Shown here in pieces: positions 13,114-27,500 of a DNA stretch of 64,000 nt. The notes under the pieces are model-generated. The model did no database searches and was not told the DNA's origin. It saw only the letters and a list, made by a program, of their open reading frames with translations. Source of the stretch: Cercozoa sp. M6MM (taxonomy: Eukaryota > Protista > Endomyxa: Ascetosporea); the NCBI GenBank assembly GCA_040357565.1, contig JBDODJ010000004.1; one strand, written 5' to 3'. Position numbers and translations under genes: made by a program. The stretch's first letter is position 1, and each line of letters starts with the position of its first letter.

Positions 13114-15558
13114 TTAGACGAGACTGGTTCGTTTATGAGACACGGTAGGAAGGCACCCGGAACAGGCCTCAATTACCCGGCGATTATGGCTACACGAACA
13201 TAGTCTGAACGAACAAGACAGAGTTTGGCATTTAAAAGGGTGGTGTACCGGAGACTCCTGAATACTGGGAAGTCGGCGTGCAACTTCTGCCTTCGGTTCC
13301 AGAGCGAGCAGTTCGGTGCATGCCACGTACTATGAGACACAACATGACAAGGTCCCTCCCCCAGCGTACAGGTATGGCAGGTCGAGATACATCAGCCCAG
13401 TAGGACGGCTGACGGTCGCGCAGACTGCGCTTGCGTAGAATTTTGGCACAGCACTGGAGATTGGTTGCATGACCCTATAGAACAGACATGTACGTTGTTA
13501 GAAAAAGTGTGCATGTGTGTTACCGCAAGCAGCTTGAGTTCCTCGTCCTTGGCGTAGTGCTGCAAAAACTGGACAACGAGTCGGATGACTCGACCGGCCT
13601 CCAGTCGCGGGAAGGAGTTTGCGCCCATCACCTTGGTCGGGTTCGACGCACCCATGAGTTCTTTCCTGTCCGAAATGGTATAATCTTTCTCACGCACACA
13701 GACACAGACAGATACAGACAGGCTCAGACCCAGACACAGACACAGTCCTCCTACCGGTAGATGACGGCGAGAGCAACGGCGCAGAGCGGGATCGTCTGTG
13801 GACCAAAGGCGAGCACGAAATCAAAGAGCTTGAGCGCCTCGCGGAAGGGCGGACAACACATCATGCACGAGTTGATAACTGCGTTTGTGCGACACAACCG
13901 GCAGGGGTATCAGGACACATTGGACACACGTTGTTGTAGTCACACACAAGTACGGTACACGGGTAAAAGTAAAGATTCGGCGGCAGTTTCCTCTTTTTCA
14001 AGGCTACAACAATATGCACATAACCTAGGAGGAAGTGATAAGTGATAAAATGGGAAAGCTAAACAGTAGCACCTTTAAACAACTCAGGGTCGCACTTTTC
14101 CAGTGTATTCCACGCCTAGCCACAAAAGGAGTAAAAGTGGAGATCAAGTAGGTAAAGGAGAAACTTGGAAAATACCAACTGCACGCCAGCATGCACGCCG
14201 GGCATTGCATGTCCTGGCACAGTCACCCTGCATTGTGACGTCATACAACAAATCGAAAAATCAACTACACAAGGGAGAGAACACAGAAACTGACCAGTAG
14301 GTCGGTACCCACTGCCGCAGGAAAATTGAGACTGCAAAAAACGCGTCCAATTCGGGCAGCATGGCCTGGGGTAAAAAGAGATGACGGAGTAAAGGTAGCA
14401 GAGCAAAATGGTACGAGAAAAGGGGCCGCGATCAAGTTCATGCCTTCACAAGAACACACATATAAGAGGCTTGAGGCAAAGAAAATGAAGCTACCTTGTG
14501 CGTACCCGACAGCGACACTGTCATTTGTTAGTGTGCGCTGCGACACACTCTACAGGCACAGTATGGTTAAACGTACACATCGATGTTGGATACGTACACA
14601 TCGATGTTGGATAAGATACCCTGTGGATGGCACAGAGCACTCGGATCAGTCGTTGCTCGGGAACCTGTAGGGGAGGGGTTCGAACATAGTATTGACAAGG
14701 GAGAGGGTATGAAAGCTACAGTGGCTTTAAACAGCGTGTCCGTCGGTAATGTACGAAAGGTGTCACCTGTGCATTCGATTGATTAGCACAGCTCGGTACA
14801 GGGCGGGGGGGGGGTTAAGCAGCCCTACCGCGAATCTTCTCATAAGCACGCTTGTCGATACCGGGCCAATCTCTCAGCAGGTCGCGGTAGCACTGTGTCT
14901 TCACGCGAGGCAGCTGCATCAGCAGCAGCCACACCGTGCCTGTAGGTTAGAACACCTATCCTTCGCTGCATCTAAGGTACCAAACCAATGTACCTCGGAA
15001 GGTGCGTTCCACCTTGCGTTTGTCGCTGTTGAGACTGTCCTTCTGCAAGCACAATTCGGAAGTGCGTTCTCTCTGTAACACTTTAACAACCGGTACCTGT
15101 TGTTCGAAGTCGTTTAATTCGGTGTCGCACTCGGGCAGCCCGTGCAGCAAAATGTGATGTCGCAGCTCGGACAGCGCCTCGGCCAGCTGGAGTTGTTTTG
15201 GTGGGAAAGTGTGTCTGCACTTAGGCTGTGAAAGAAAAGGGATACCTCTGACCTGGGCTTATGCTGTAACCTTGCCATTCGAAGTGACTCTACTAATATT
15301 CGAACTTTCGCCGGAGCTCCTGGTTTTAGCACCTGCACACCAGCAACATTGCAAAACCTTCTTCGCCCATGTGTATGGGTATCACCACACCTGCCACGAG
15401 CGCAATCGCGCGACATTGTCGACGCTGTCATCATCATCGTCGCTGCTGAAGCCGCTCGCCACACTAAGGTCGCTGTCTGCCGCGCACAAAAAGCACAGCG
15501 TTCGATAGACATCGGAAAGGCATGATTGGCAAGATAAACAGATCAACGCACCAGACAT
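13114..15558 (-). CDS. BUB2: Bub2/Cdc16-family TBC-domain GTPase-activating protein
   Basis: Spliced motifs in the expected order: HILLHGLP, RGTVWLLLM, GDTFRTLPTDTLF, VPEQRLIRVL, GYAQGMNLIAAPFL, PPFREALKLFDFVLAFG, SFPRLEAGRVIRL. Confidence 0.85.
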
Positions 15559-15790
15559 GAAGTCGGTGCCGACCGGGATATCAAAACCACACAGAACGGT
15601 ATTTCCACGGCGTCACGCAGCTTTGTGTGGACAGAAAGTGCAGTTGGTGTTGGGAACATTTTTCTTCTATTGGCTCGAGTCACCCCCAGCTGTCGGATCG
15701 TGGATCACTACAGTACAGTACAATACTACTGTTTTGCAGTGTATTGCGTGCAGATGATGTACAGTACAAGAGTTAATTAAGCTAGGGAAC

Positions 15791-18339
15791 CTAAGAGCTC
15801 GAGCTATCGGAGCTGGAGGGGAGCACAATGAGTTCGCCAGAGTTACTTGTATGTGTAGATTTTTCGGGGCCCGGAGTTGTGAGTTGGAGTCGTAGGCGGG
15901 GAGGTTTTCTCGGCCGCTTTTCAGCCAAAACACTTTGCTCGAATGGCCGCGGGTTTTGAGATGAGGCGGTAGATGAAGAAGGTACTGTGAGAGTGGACAG
16001 TGCCTGTCTGAACTTTGGTGTTTCAAAAGGAAAGCCTATTAGCGATTTGTTCAGCGCCCTGGCATTTGAGCAACACAACTTAGAGTGTACAGTACGAAGT
16101 CAGTGCGAATGAAGTGTATCCTACCTGCTAAAGGAGTCAACTTCCTTTCGGAGGTCGTGGACGTGTGATAGCGACTGCATTGATCAACAGCGTGATGACT
16201 CAGTCAGATCTTTATGACCCAGTATTTACCTTTTGGGCAACCTGACAGATCTCCTTGGATTGTCGCTCCCAGTCGAGGTGCCGAGGCCGCCACTCTTCTT
16301 CGTACGATTCTGTTTGGGCAGCCACCGATTTTTCCGTCTGTGTGGCAACGCTTAAGCTCGCTGCATTTTTGCTTTCGCTTTTTGTGCGAAGAGCTTCAGC
16401 GTCTCGGTCGAGTCTTTCGCGTAGTTTGTCGCTGTCATTTTTTGCACTGTGTGCAGCTTCCGATTCATCTCCCGGGCTCTCGTCAAACTGCGCGAAGGAC
16501 GCGACGTCGTTTGCATGTTTCGTTTGTGTTTGAGCGGCGACGAAACTTTTTTGCAACCTCCTTCCGACTTTCGGCGGATCCGTTTGAATACTATTGTTGC
16601 GTAGTTTCAAAAAGGTTTGAGTTCCTTTGACGGCATGTCGCGTCGCTGGAGCTTCAGGCGAAAAGCGATCTTCGTAGTCCATGTCACTGTCCTGGCTTGA
16701 GAGCGTGTCGGTCACGTCGAATGTCGAGTAGATGTCAGTCAAGAACTCATCGTGCTCAAGTTGTTCAAGTGGACTCCACGAGTAATCACAATTGAAAGCC
16801 AGTTGCATTTGAAGGTAGCTTTCGTTTTCATCGAAAACAAGGTCGAAACACTGCACTCCGTCAGCGAAGACTTCTTTGACCCAAGTGCATAGCGTGGCCC
16901 CATCGCTCCAGTCAATACTACACCCACGTGTTTGCGTTGCAGCGCATCAAAACAAGGTTTGAAAACGATTACAGGTTAATCGACAAGGTTCGCAAGTTCG
17001 CAGGAACAACGTCGACGAAGTCACGGGCTCCAGTTTGACACACCGCCTCTCCTGCGTGGCAGATATGCAGATGGTTGACACTCGTCACTGCTTGTCCGGT
17101 GTTGAAGAGTTCTCGGCGAGTTGTAGTCATTCCGTGCGAAGAACGTATGGCAAAGTAAAATTGGAAGACGCGTTTTTCTTGCCCCTTGATTTTCGACGAA
17201 GCTTTGCATACGGAGAGCGATGTCAGCTGGATTCCCACTAGCAAGCACACTCTTTCTTTATGCAGCTTTTCAGGCCTGGTGACTCGCATCGGCAGTGTTC
17301 CCTTCGCGTTGGCTTCTGCTGGAGTCGATAAGTCTACGGGCGACTCGTTGTGGAAGAGTGTGTCAGAAGACTGAGAAATGGACCCAGTTGTCGAAGAGTC
17401 AGAGGGTGAAGGTGATCGCCGTCTGCTTTCGGAGGTAGAAGAGGAGAGAGGGGTTTGAAGGGCAGCTCTTTTTCTTCGGATTTCATCAGCAAAAACCGCC
17501 GCCTTTCTTGCTTGTGCCGACAAAGCAACCAAGTTCAGCAAGTTCAGCCCACCAGTGGCCACGTGACGTGTCTTTGGTCTTTCTACTGCAACAGGCGTTA
17601 GGTATTGAAAAGAGAAGCTATCTTCTGACAGTTTCTGTTGCTCGCTCCTTTCGTACGCGAGCATTCGTGTCCATTTGCCAGCCGTCACCGATGTTTGAGG
17701 CAGTTCATCCGCGAGACCGGAAGTGGAGGTCATTAACGTGAGTGTCAAGGAAACAAGCAGTCCCGCTTCTTCAAAGTACAGCTCCAAAGGTATTGTCTTT
17801 TCCACGCAGCTTCGGGGCACTTGGACGTGTGCCCTTCGCTCGAGCATCGCAGTTTTCACACGACGTTCTCTTGGCTTTCGTCTTTTGCTGCGTGAGGTGG
17901 CAAGACTTTCGATTTCTTCTTCTTTTTCGTGTTTAATTGGGCAAGAGGTCGCTTGCAGCGTCACCTTGACTGCCAAATCAATGGTCCATTGATTCCGCGG
18001 TATTTCGACAACTGTGGTGACGGTGTTTATGGGAAAAACAATGCTCATGTCGCTGCCAATGCTCCCAACGAGCGATTTGCTGCCGAACAGTTGTATATGC
18101 AATGGCGCTGGGAGCTTCAGTTTTTTCGAAATGTTGACACTTTTTACAAAAGCTTCAACCACCGTCGCTCCAATTACACTGCGCAGTTTATCTTGTTCTC
18201 CGAACATGAAGTCATATTTACATTGCACCAAAGCGCCTCGAGATGTTTCCGCTTCGGATAGGATTGAAAACGGCGTCACGACCGACTCGTTTGAGGTTGA
18301 AACGAGCGACATCGCTTCGTCATCACTGCTGTCGCTCAT
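15791..18339 (-). CDS. Large orphan protein (long exons 16969-18339 and 16212-16856)
   Basis: Long ORFs with an ATG at 18339 and S-rich and charged segments. No recognised domain. The 3' end is approximate. Confidence 0.6.
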
Positions 18340-18576
18340 CCCGAATCAAGACTTCGGGTAGCGGTTAGCGGTTGTTGCTTCCCTAAAGGCTCTGGTTATC
18401 TGCCAGCTCTGTTTTCGCACAGCAAACGTTTCCTTAATTACATCTCAGTTTCAGTTCCAGTTTCGTATTTTTCAACTTTCCGGCGGAGGGTGCAATTATA
18501 AGTTCCGTTGATTTCATTCAGCCTAGAAGAAGGTACATAGAGGTCAATACTACGACAGCGAAAAGCTCGCCTGAAC

Positions 18577-20525
18577 ATGGAGCGAACGAGCAAAATTTTG
18601 TCGCATCTCGAGCAGAGATCATGCATAATCACGCAAGACTTCGTCGCGAAGTGCGTTCGCGAACAGCGAAAGCAAGTGGCGAAGGTAAACGGACTGAAAG
18701 CCGATGAAGAAGAGGCTGAGGGGCAGGAGGCGTCTGCACTGGTATATGGATTGTACCATAACTTTCTTCGTGTTACAATTTACACGCCTGTGTAGAGTCT
18801 GTCTTTTCGAAACATCCAATCCATCGGCAAAAACTCATTTCTCCCTTACTCGATGCTCGTCGAACTGTCGCTCGGGAACAACCAAATCGAAAAAATGTAC
18901 TTCAGTCAGCTTTTTGTATCCACCGGGTGTCTGAAGTCAACTGGTACTCTTCCTGCCTTGAGTACCTCTTAACTCTGTGCAGAGAAGGTCTACACGCTCT
19001 TCCCAACTTGGTAAAGTTGGATCTCTCTTTCAACAAGATCCAAGAACTGAATGGGTTAGAAACTCTCGCCAAACTAAAGGTATATGCGAGTGGTAGAATC
19101 GAATTGCATCTCTTGTGAGCTTACCGTTATTGATCTTCCGGCACCTGCAAAGGATTTGAACTTGAGTTTCAATCTTGTCACGGAGCTGTCGAATATGGAA
19201 AATTTGGCTGCTTTACGTTCACTGTCGATTGCCTACAATCGACTTCGCGACCCCGAGCAGACAGTGTCCTACCTACAGCAGTTCACCAAGCTCAAAGCAC
19301 TCTCGCTGCAAGGAAACCCCTTCAATGAAGCCAAACCTTACCTTGAAGAGAGCAGCGGTTTAAAGTTACCGGACCCCGCGGCGAAACCTCCAAGTGACGA
19401 GGCCTACAAGGATTTGTGCCATGCTCTTCTCAATCTGACATACCTGGACTACAATTTAAGTATGCAACACGAAATCGAACGAGCGCGTACGACCGTGAGT
19501 GAGCATTTGATGGAAGAAGCAACATTGCGTCGGGAGACAGAACGGCGCAATACGATGCTCATGGCAGAAAAGAAGAAAATGTAAACTGCTCCAGTCCTAT
19601 CCAATGTTTCGCGACTCAGCCAGGCATACCAATTTTCTTAGGGACGTTGCGGATATTCCTGGATTACGTGAACTATGCAAAGAACTTCGAGACAGTATTT
19701 CACTGTCCTCAGAGCGCGCGGTCGCTCTGGCAGTGCAGTTTGGGTATGCAAATATGCTATTGGGTGAATCACACTCCATTCCAGTTGAACACACATTTGT
19801 ATTGCTCGTTTAGAAATCAGATTCGGGAGATTGCCGAGGATTTCGTGGTATTGAGAGCTTTTACCGCATTTCATTCGGTCCAAGAAATTACATCTAGACA
19901 AATGCCATCGAGAGGAGTCAGACAAAACGATACAGTCTCTTGGTCTACCGTCAAGACTCGGAGCGCCTTCTCGATGAAGCTGAGAAGAATGCAGATCTTG
20001 CTGTGACTACCTTTGAAAAAGCCTTCCCGCATACCAAAAGAGAACATGACGGCTCTCAAACTGAAATCGGTGAGTTTGAATCTTCCAAGCGTGCTCTCAA
20101 CGACGAGCTGATCTCTTTTGAACTGGACGCGAAGAAACGAATTGCACAATCGTATGAGCTGCTTGCTGACACACTGGTACCCGACAACACAACTCCAAAT
20201 CATGCATTAATATTCCATGCAGGAGAAGGCACTAGAGCGGCACATTTCTCAAATGAGCGCATTCTTCCGGCAAATCACGGAACTTCAAACCGACTTTTTG
20301 CAGCAGATCCGCGAACTTGACGAACCTGACATCAACGAAGAGGAGATTCAACAAGTGTCCTCGTCGAACCAAAAAAAGACAGACGAACTGCACACAAAAC
20401 TGAAGCAGCTGGCGATGAACCGCCACAAAAAGTGTCTGCGAGATATCCGTGATGCCGAAAGAAGAAGAAGCCGTGTTCGGCTGAACTCGATAGTTCAGTT
20501 GCTTCAACAAAAGCGATTTGACTAG
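18577..20525 (+). CDS. DRC3: Dynein regulatory complex subunit 3 (LRRC48)
   Basis: SLSFRNIQSI, LSLGNNQIEKIEGL, LDLSFNKIQELNGLETL, SYLQQFTKLKALSLQGNP and LTYLDY, then a coiled coil ending ERRRSRVRLNSI. Confidence 0.85.
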
Positions 20526-20624
20526 CAGTACTCCGGGGTCACGTCGAGTGGGAAAGTCACTGACGGTCACTTGCTGGAAGTGCCGCATCGTATCTCATGA
20601 ACTTGGTGTTCAAGAGTTTTTCCG

Positions 20625-20708
20625 TAAGTCTTTTCTGAAACCAACTACTTAAGTAAATTTAGTTCCCCTGCACCAGTTTGGGGTGGGTCACAAGAGCATG
20701 GCCGTGTC
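20625..20708 (-). mobile_element. SINE-like element, copy C
   Basis: aagtcttttctgaaaccaacta...tagttcccctgcaccagtttggggtgggtcacaagagcatggccgtgtc is near-identical to copy D apart from the hairpin loop. Confidence 0.9.
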
Positions 20709-20933
20709 TACCGCCCGCTTAGGGTATTACTTTAAATTGCGAGCCCACCATGGCGACTAGCGTAGCTTAGACCGTCGGTATACTGTATGTGGCGACCGAC
20801 CGGAGACGACCGAGCAACCCATTGGCTCGGTGCTGTGATGGAAGGCCGATCGTGAGGCAGTGCGGTGACGTACTCGACTAGCGTATTGATAAGCTGTTTA
20901 GGCCTGACACGTAAGGAACCGGAACTCGGAAAG

Positions 20934-21613
20934 TTAATGCAAGTAGCCCATCTCGCCAGGGAGCATGTCCCCATCGTCATGCGGGTCGTAGCGGTCGATG
21001 CACAGGCGGGCCAGGTCGACGTTGTTGAGAGTGTCATCCACCGGATCGAATTCGCCGTCAGTTGGACAAGCAACATTTTGACTGCTGCTATCGTCGCTGC
21101 TGTGATTGCTGCGGCCTACAGTGTCTGTTCCCATGGAGACTTCGTTGGCACTGCCTTCATCGTCATCGCGCAGTCCCAACTCGTCAGTCAAACGGTCCGC
21201 TAGCTATGCATGCAAGCAAGGATGTCCGCAACATAAACAACTTGAACCAATTGAAAAGAAGCATGCACAAAGGAACCTCTTTCTTGATAAAGCCCAGGCA
21301 AATGCACGGACGCAAAAGCAGTAGCAGCAGGCCGGGTTCGACCTTGCCCGTGTTTGCGCAGATCTGTGGTAAATTTACGCACCCAGAATTTCATTTAAAC
21401 AGAGTTAAACACCGAATGTGTTACCTGCATTTGGCGTAAAGTTTCGTCAGGAATCATCTGCATCGGATTATATATATATATATATATGTATAGCGAAAAA
21501 TAGGCCGAGTAAGGTGCAGCTATTACCTCGGCAATGAAGGTTTCGTTGCGTTCAATGCGACGCATGTAGCGACTATAACCATATATATATGTAAATTATA
21601 TATATAAGTTTAT

Positions 21614-21651
<38 letters not shown>

Positions 21652-24420
21652 TTGCATGCATCACAGTAGGGAGATTTTGTAGAGAGAAAGGTACGCCAGC
21701 AAATAGTTGAAGATGGCAAGTTTGGCGCCCTCGACGTCCATTTCATCTTCCGACGGTGGCATACGCTGGTATGCGAACAGTTCACGTCGCCATGCCTGAA
21801 ACAAACACACATATCATGCGGCACACCTGAGTGGTTTCAGTACTCTGTGATGCCGCTCGAGTGTCATCAAGAGATTGCCTTCCAGCACAGGCGATGGCGT
21901 AGAACTGTTGCACACACACACCGGTACACATGCTTTTTCACGAGGCAAAGACTTGATGTCAAGGCAAGTTTACAGTGTGGGGTCCTGCGGAAGCCACTTG
22001 ACGTCCTCATTGCGCCGCCCCTGACGCGCACACAGCACCGTAAGGCGGCGGCGTGTGTACAATGCGTCGACGATCTTTCTCTCGAGGTCGTTAATCTGCG
22101 CATGTATCATATCAAGCCACAAACACCTTCCGAACAAAGCGAGCAGCAGGGGTACCGACGCCCCGAGCGCAGCGGATTCCGCCTCAAACTGAACCTGAAT
22201 AGGATGCATCTCCACCGGCAACGTAGAATCGTCCACGTGCAGCCTAAGTACAAGCAAACTACTTGGTCACTACAGGGGATGGCATGTAGGGAGCAATACG
22301 CAGGTGGCGTGGTCGACACGAAAGCCGTCTCAAACGGAGGCAGACTCTGCAACGCATAACCAGTGCGATTGGTCAATATCTTTGCTGAAAAAAACAGCAA
22401 AATCTGCATACCTCAACTGGAACGCCAGTGAGTTCGCTCATCATCGCTTGCATGTCATTCTCGTAGTTGTCAGCGTCCGCGCGGCTGTTCAGCGCTTCGA
22501 CCTGTCACAGAATCCAAAGATAGGAAAGTTAATTTATAAGACGGCGCGTTCTGCCTGTACCTCGTTGTAGTTTTGCAGGTTGCAGGCACGCACGCGAGCC
22601 TCCTCCTGTCGCACCTCCTCCATGCGTCGCTCACTCTCTTGGCGTTTCTCTGCCAGCTGTTGTCTCAACTCGGCTATCTTGTATGCCTGTCAATATGGGT
22701 GCCAGTTAATAAGAACAGCCAGACATAGACAGGATAAAGGCAGAGAGTACCATCCGTTGCGCTGCACCCAGAAGAGCGTCGAGCAGTTCTGTCTGGTACT
22801 CCAGGAGATACGTCGACACCAGTGTGTCCGAGCCTAATTTAGGTATTTGAAATTGTGACACATCGGCGTTGTACGCGCACACAACGACTACCGGTGAATA
22901 CTTCGCCGTCAAGAGAGTGAATACTGCAGACTCCTGTTCAAAGCAAACACACGCAAATCATTCTTGCCGGATTATTGTGGACTGACACACCAGCAGGCAG
23001 AATCGGCATCGAACATTGTGGGCAACCCTGAACACACTCAAGTACACAAACACCACGAGGTGCCTGCTTAATGTGTAAGTTGGTACCTTCTGTCTCACTG
23101 TCTGGATCGGTCCGATCCGCGTCTTCAGAGTCTCTTGGCACTTCTCTGGCTCTGACTGAGGAGGCTGCACATGCATCAACAACATTTTCTTCTAGGGTCA
23201 CAGCGGTCTGAACAAATGCTTGTGTACGCTGACTTCGTTCTCGCTGTAGTGGAAAAGTGCAATGTCTTGCATTGCCTGCAGGAAGCAAGAGCACACATTA
23301 ACAGATAGAGACGGAAAAGCGAGACACAGGGAAACAACCAGAACAGCAGACGCATTGCGCAAGACCTTGTGCGGCACTTCCTTTGCTGTCTTTTTGTAGA
23401 GTTGTCGTGCCTCCTCCTCTGCGCGGGGGGGGGGGGGGGCCCCGAAGCAAAATTTATGAAAAAGGAATGGGAAAGGGCACATACCGTACATTGCAAGTGA
23501 GGCCTGGATGTGGCGCTCCTCACCTGCGATACCAACACCTCGGAAGAAGACGCCTTCTTGCTGCTTGCGCTGCGTGCTGCCGGCAACGCCACGAAACTGG
23601 AGAAGTGGCTTTTTCTTTCGATGCCGCTGGCGTCGACGAGCTCGTCTCTTGTTGCTGTTCAGGTTGTCTGCGTCCGTCACGAGTGCCTCGGATTCATTGG
23701 GCAGCCCTGCATTGACTCTCAAGTCGCCTGCCTCGCGCTCGTCGGAATCGTTGACGATCGGGACACGCAGAGGCTCGAGACGCCGCTCATTGGCACCGCC
23801 TGCACGCCCGTTGTCAAGGTCAAGTCTCATCGAGCCGACCGTGTCGACTGAAAAGGACGCACGACGACGCCGAGAACCGCCAGTGGAAGGCACTTGCGAC
23901 AGCGGTATGTTCTCGGGCGTGCTTTCTGCACTACTCGGGAGTGCCTGACGGCACATTCCTGCCTCGCTTCCATCGTCTGCCAAATTGAAAGCAAAATCAA
24001 CGACACAGCCCGGCCAGAGCCAGTGAAGTTGGGCCCGAGGATACCAAACAAGCGCCTGCTCCCTGTGGCACCATTCGCGCGCGATCTTTGACGCACAGCA
24101 CGGCGACTGCCAGCACCAGTAGTTGTTCAAACATAGATCGGCCGTTTCAAAGTGGTCAGAGAATTTGTACCGGTGCGCAACACCCGCGATCCCGTTCATG
24201 ATCGCCTCACTCGGCCTATCACGTGGCTCCAAATACCGTCAATCTGACCAAACGAAAAGGCCCCTGGCAGTGTTCTAAACGTCTGGCGGCAACCCTGTGC
24301 CGTTAACACGTGGAACTTAAGTGCGATCACCCGAGGCAGCTGCCGTTGCAGCTGGTGCACTGGCAAAAATAATAATTTAATATCTTTGAGATCAGCTGAT
24401 CGGCGCTCCGGTCTCCTCAA
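20934..24420 (-). CDS. Orphan Cys/Trp-rich multi-exon gene, possibly TE-derived
   Basis: 344-aa ORF 23198-24232 plus downstream exons (CPQC motif, coiled coil, acidic end). No catalytic motif recognised. Confidence 0.4.
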
Positions 24421-24504
24421 TCCTGAGACAGTGCACCTGGCGTGTGGTGCAGCAGCGTGAGATCGTTTAGTTCACGGTCATTCGTGTGTTAAGTTAGAGC
24501 GATC

Positions 24505-27500
24505 ATGGCGGGAGGTCTGCGCGGCGAGGTGCGCTACGCGGCCGAGGAGACGCAGCGAGGAGCGCCGCCGGCCCGCCGCGTCGTGCTGGGCGAGTTCCTA
24601 CGCTGGTGCAGATCGCAAGACGGTATGTGTGCTTTCTTTTGTGTGTGTATGTGTGTGTACGATGCAGTGTGAATTCAGAGCCGCTGCTGCGATCGCCGAT
24701 CAAGCTAGTGAAACAGGTAGGCAGCTAGGTCACTCCATGCCGAGTACACACGTGTTGTTTCAGTTGAGCGAGTCCGTGCAAAACTCACATCTTGGCATTG
24801 AGGAGGTACATCACAGCAAACAGACTTGTTTGCAGACACTGCACATGGTACTGTGTGGCGTGTGTAGATTTTGTCGGCGGCGCTGTCGTTCGGCAACGAC
24901 GCCGTGCGCGTCGCCGAGCTGCGCGATCGCGACGAGTGTAGTTTTGCCCCCCCCCCCACCTTTTCCCCTTTTCCCCTTTTCCCCTTTTACCCAATTGACC
25001 TCCCATTGATCTCCATATACCCCCCCCCATTCACACCCCCCAGATCGGACGCGACTGGATGCGAATGCGCCGCTGCTGCAGCGCGAGTTCGCACGTGGCG
25101 TTGTCTTGCGTAATCCCGTTAAGCCCTTTTACCTCCCCCGTTTTCCTCCCCCCTGTTACCCCTCCGTTACCCCTGTTTTACCCCCTTTACCCTTCTGTAT
25201 TTTAACCGTCTTTCTTTTATCCTGTTTAACCCGTATTCTCAATGCATAGCTTCGCGAAGCAACGTGTCGACACTGGCAGATGCGTGTTTGGACATTGCGT
25301 CGGTAGGACACATGTTTGACCATGTGCCACCCCATTTTATCCAATTGATCTCATCGACTGTGCAGAATGCACTCTCGTTGGCGCAAGCGACGGACGCCTT
25401 TGTTCAAGAGTACTCACCTGTAACCCTGTTACCCCTACCCCCATTAACCCCTGCGCAGTGAGGTGGCCAACGAGACCTCGCTGCTGTCGAGTGAGGCCGT
25501 GTGGCAGCGTGATCAGCAGCTGCACCGTCGTCTGAGTGGCACACATGCCGCACTGGCCAGTGTGGGTGCCAGTGCCACCGTGGGCACGTGCCACCTGGCG
25601 TTGCGATCACTGGTGCCGCTGAGTGGCGGTGCCTCGGCCATCGCAGTGCGCGCGTGCGTCTACACCGTCTCCGCTCTGACGGGTTACTGGGCCTCCTACT
25701 ACGCCATGCAGCCGCTGGTGCGGCAGTGGACGGCGCGAGAGTTGTGGCGACACCCAACGCCGGTCGGCGCCGCCTTTCGCGACTCAATGCGCCTGCTGCG
25801 ACTCGCTGCGCGACAGGGGGTAGTCCTTGCGCTCTCCTCCCTCTTATCTCCCTTCTTTACCCATCTCGACCACCTTCTTACCTCCTCTTTACCTCCCTTA
25901 CCCCCTCCCCTCCAGGCGAAGAAATCGCCGTCGCTGCGCGCGCGTCTGCGAGGCGTCGACAACGTCACTGGCGATTGGTGCCTAGACGATGAAAGGTACC
26001 TGATCGCACATGGTCACTGGGTGATCTTTGGGCGGTTACATGGGGTCACTGGGTGGTCACATGTGTCACTGGGTGGTCACAGGGCACTGCAGCAAGTGCT
26101 GCCGTTCGAGCCGAGCGACGCTCTCGACGCGCAGTTCGACGAACGTTACGCCGCCGCTGTAGCCGGTACAGTGAGTGTGTAGCCATAGCCACCCTCTCTT
26201 TGTCCAGATTGACCTTTCTGTTCTACCGGCCGCTGGTACAAATGGACCTCTTTCTCTCTGTGGCTACACAGACATGGCGCGCACGTGTCCGATCCTGGTG
26301 AGTCCGTTCGCCGACTGGCGCAGTGTCGACCTGCGCAACGACAGTGCCGGTACTTTGCCTTGTCTGTCTGTGTCTACATAGACTGTACGATATGGACTGT
26401 ACCACATGGAGTGTACCATATGGAGTGTACCATATGGAGTGTACCATATGGAGTGTACCATATGGAGTGTACCATATAAACTGTACCGTATGGACTGTAC
26501 CATATGGACTATATAAAATATGGGCTCTACGAACTGTGGACAGATTCCGTGTCGCAGTTCCTGACCACGAGGTACTCCCTGTGAACCCCCTTAACCGAGG
26601 TGCGTGTCTGTAGTAATAGGGGTGTATCGACAGGGCCTGGATGGGCGCCGCCGTGGCGCTGTGTGCGATGGCGCCGACGGCGCTGCTGTACTTCCCGGAC
26701 CGACTGACCTCGGTGGACGCACTGCACGTCGTGCACGCCAGTGCCTCGCGGCGATGGGTGTGTTTCCGCCCTTCTCAACCTTTACCCCCGCTTACCCCTA
26801 CCCCCGCGGTTTCCCCCCCCCCCCCGCATGTCCCAGCATGTACTACCGTCCTTCGATGCCGTGCGCAATCAGCGAGCGGCCATTTCTGTGATCATGATCT
26901 TTGTGTACGTGTATGTGTGGCTATTCTGACTGGCTATTGTGTGTGCGTGTCTGTTCTGACAGGAGGTGGACAGGATGCAAATGCAGCAGTCGCCGGTAGG
27001 ACCTGTTCTCATTGCACGGGCATAAATATATATATATATATATATATATAATGTGTGTTGACAGGAGTTGTACCAACAGAGACGTGCTGCCCTGGCCATG
27101 GTACCGATGTACACACACGTGATCACTCTGTGTGTGGTCACTCTGCGTGTGGTCACTCTGCGTGGTCACTCTGACTCTGTGTGGTCAGGTGAGCATTGGT
27201 GCCGATGATGCCGCCACACGTGCCAAGGCACTCGAGTCCTGCGATGCCGCCACGCGCGCCTGGCAGCGCCTGCTGCTGCTCACACACGCCTTGCCGCGTC
27301 TGCAGCAGCTGTATTGCGTCTTTACCCCCATCTTACCTCTCTTGCCTCTCTTACCTCTCTTGCCTCTCTTACCTCTCTTGCCTCTCTTACCTCTCTTGCC
27401 TTTCTTACCTATCTTACCTCCCTTATTCTCTTAGTCAAGTGGACAAGGAGCAAGTCGCCGTCGTCGACTGCGGCGAGCACATGCGTCAGTTGCCACGTGC

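Noticed and set aside
26381-26510. CRISPR-like array
   Set aside because: Head-to-tail 14-mers without unique spacers, inside a eukaryotic intron.
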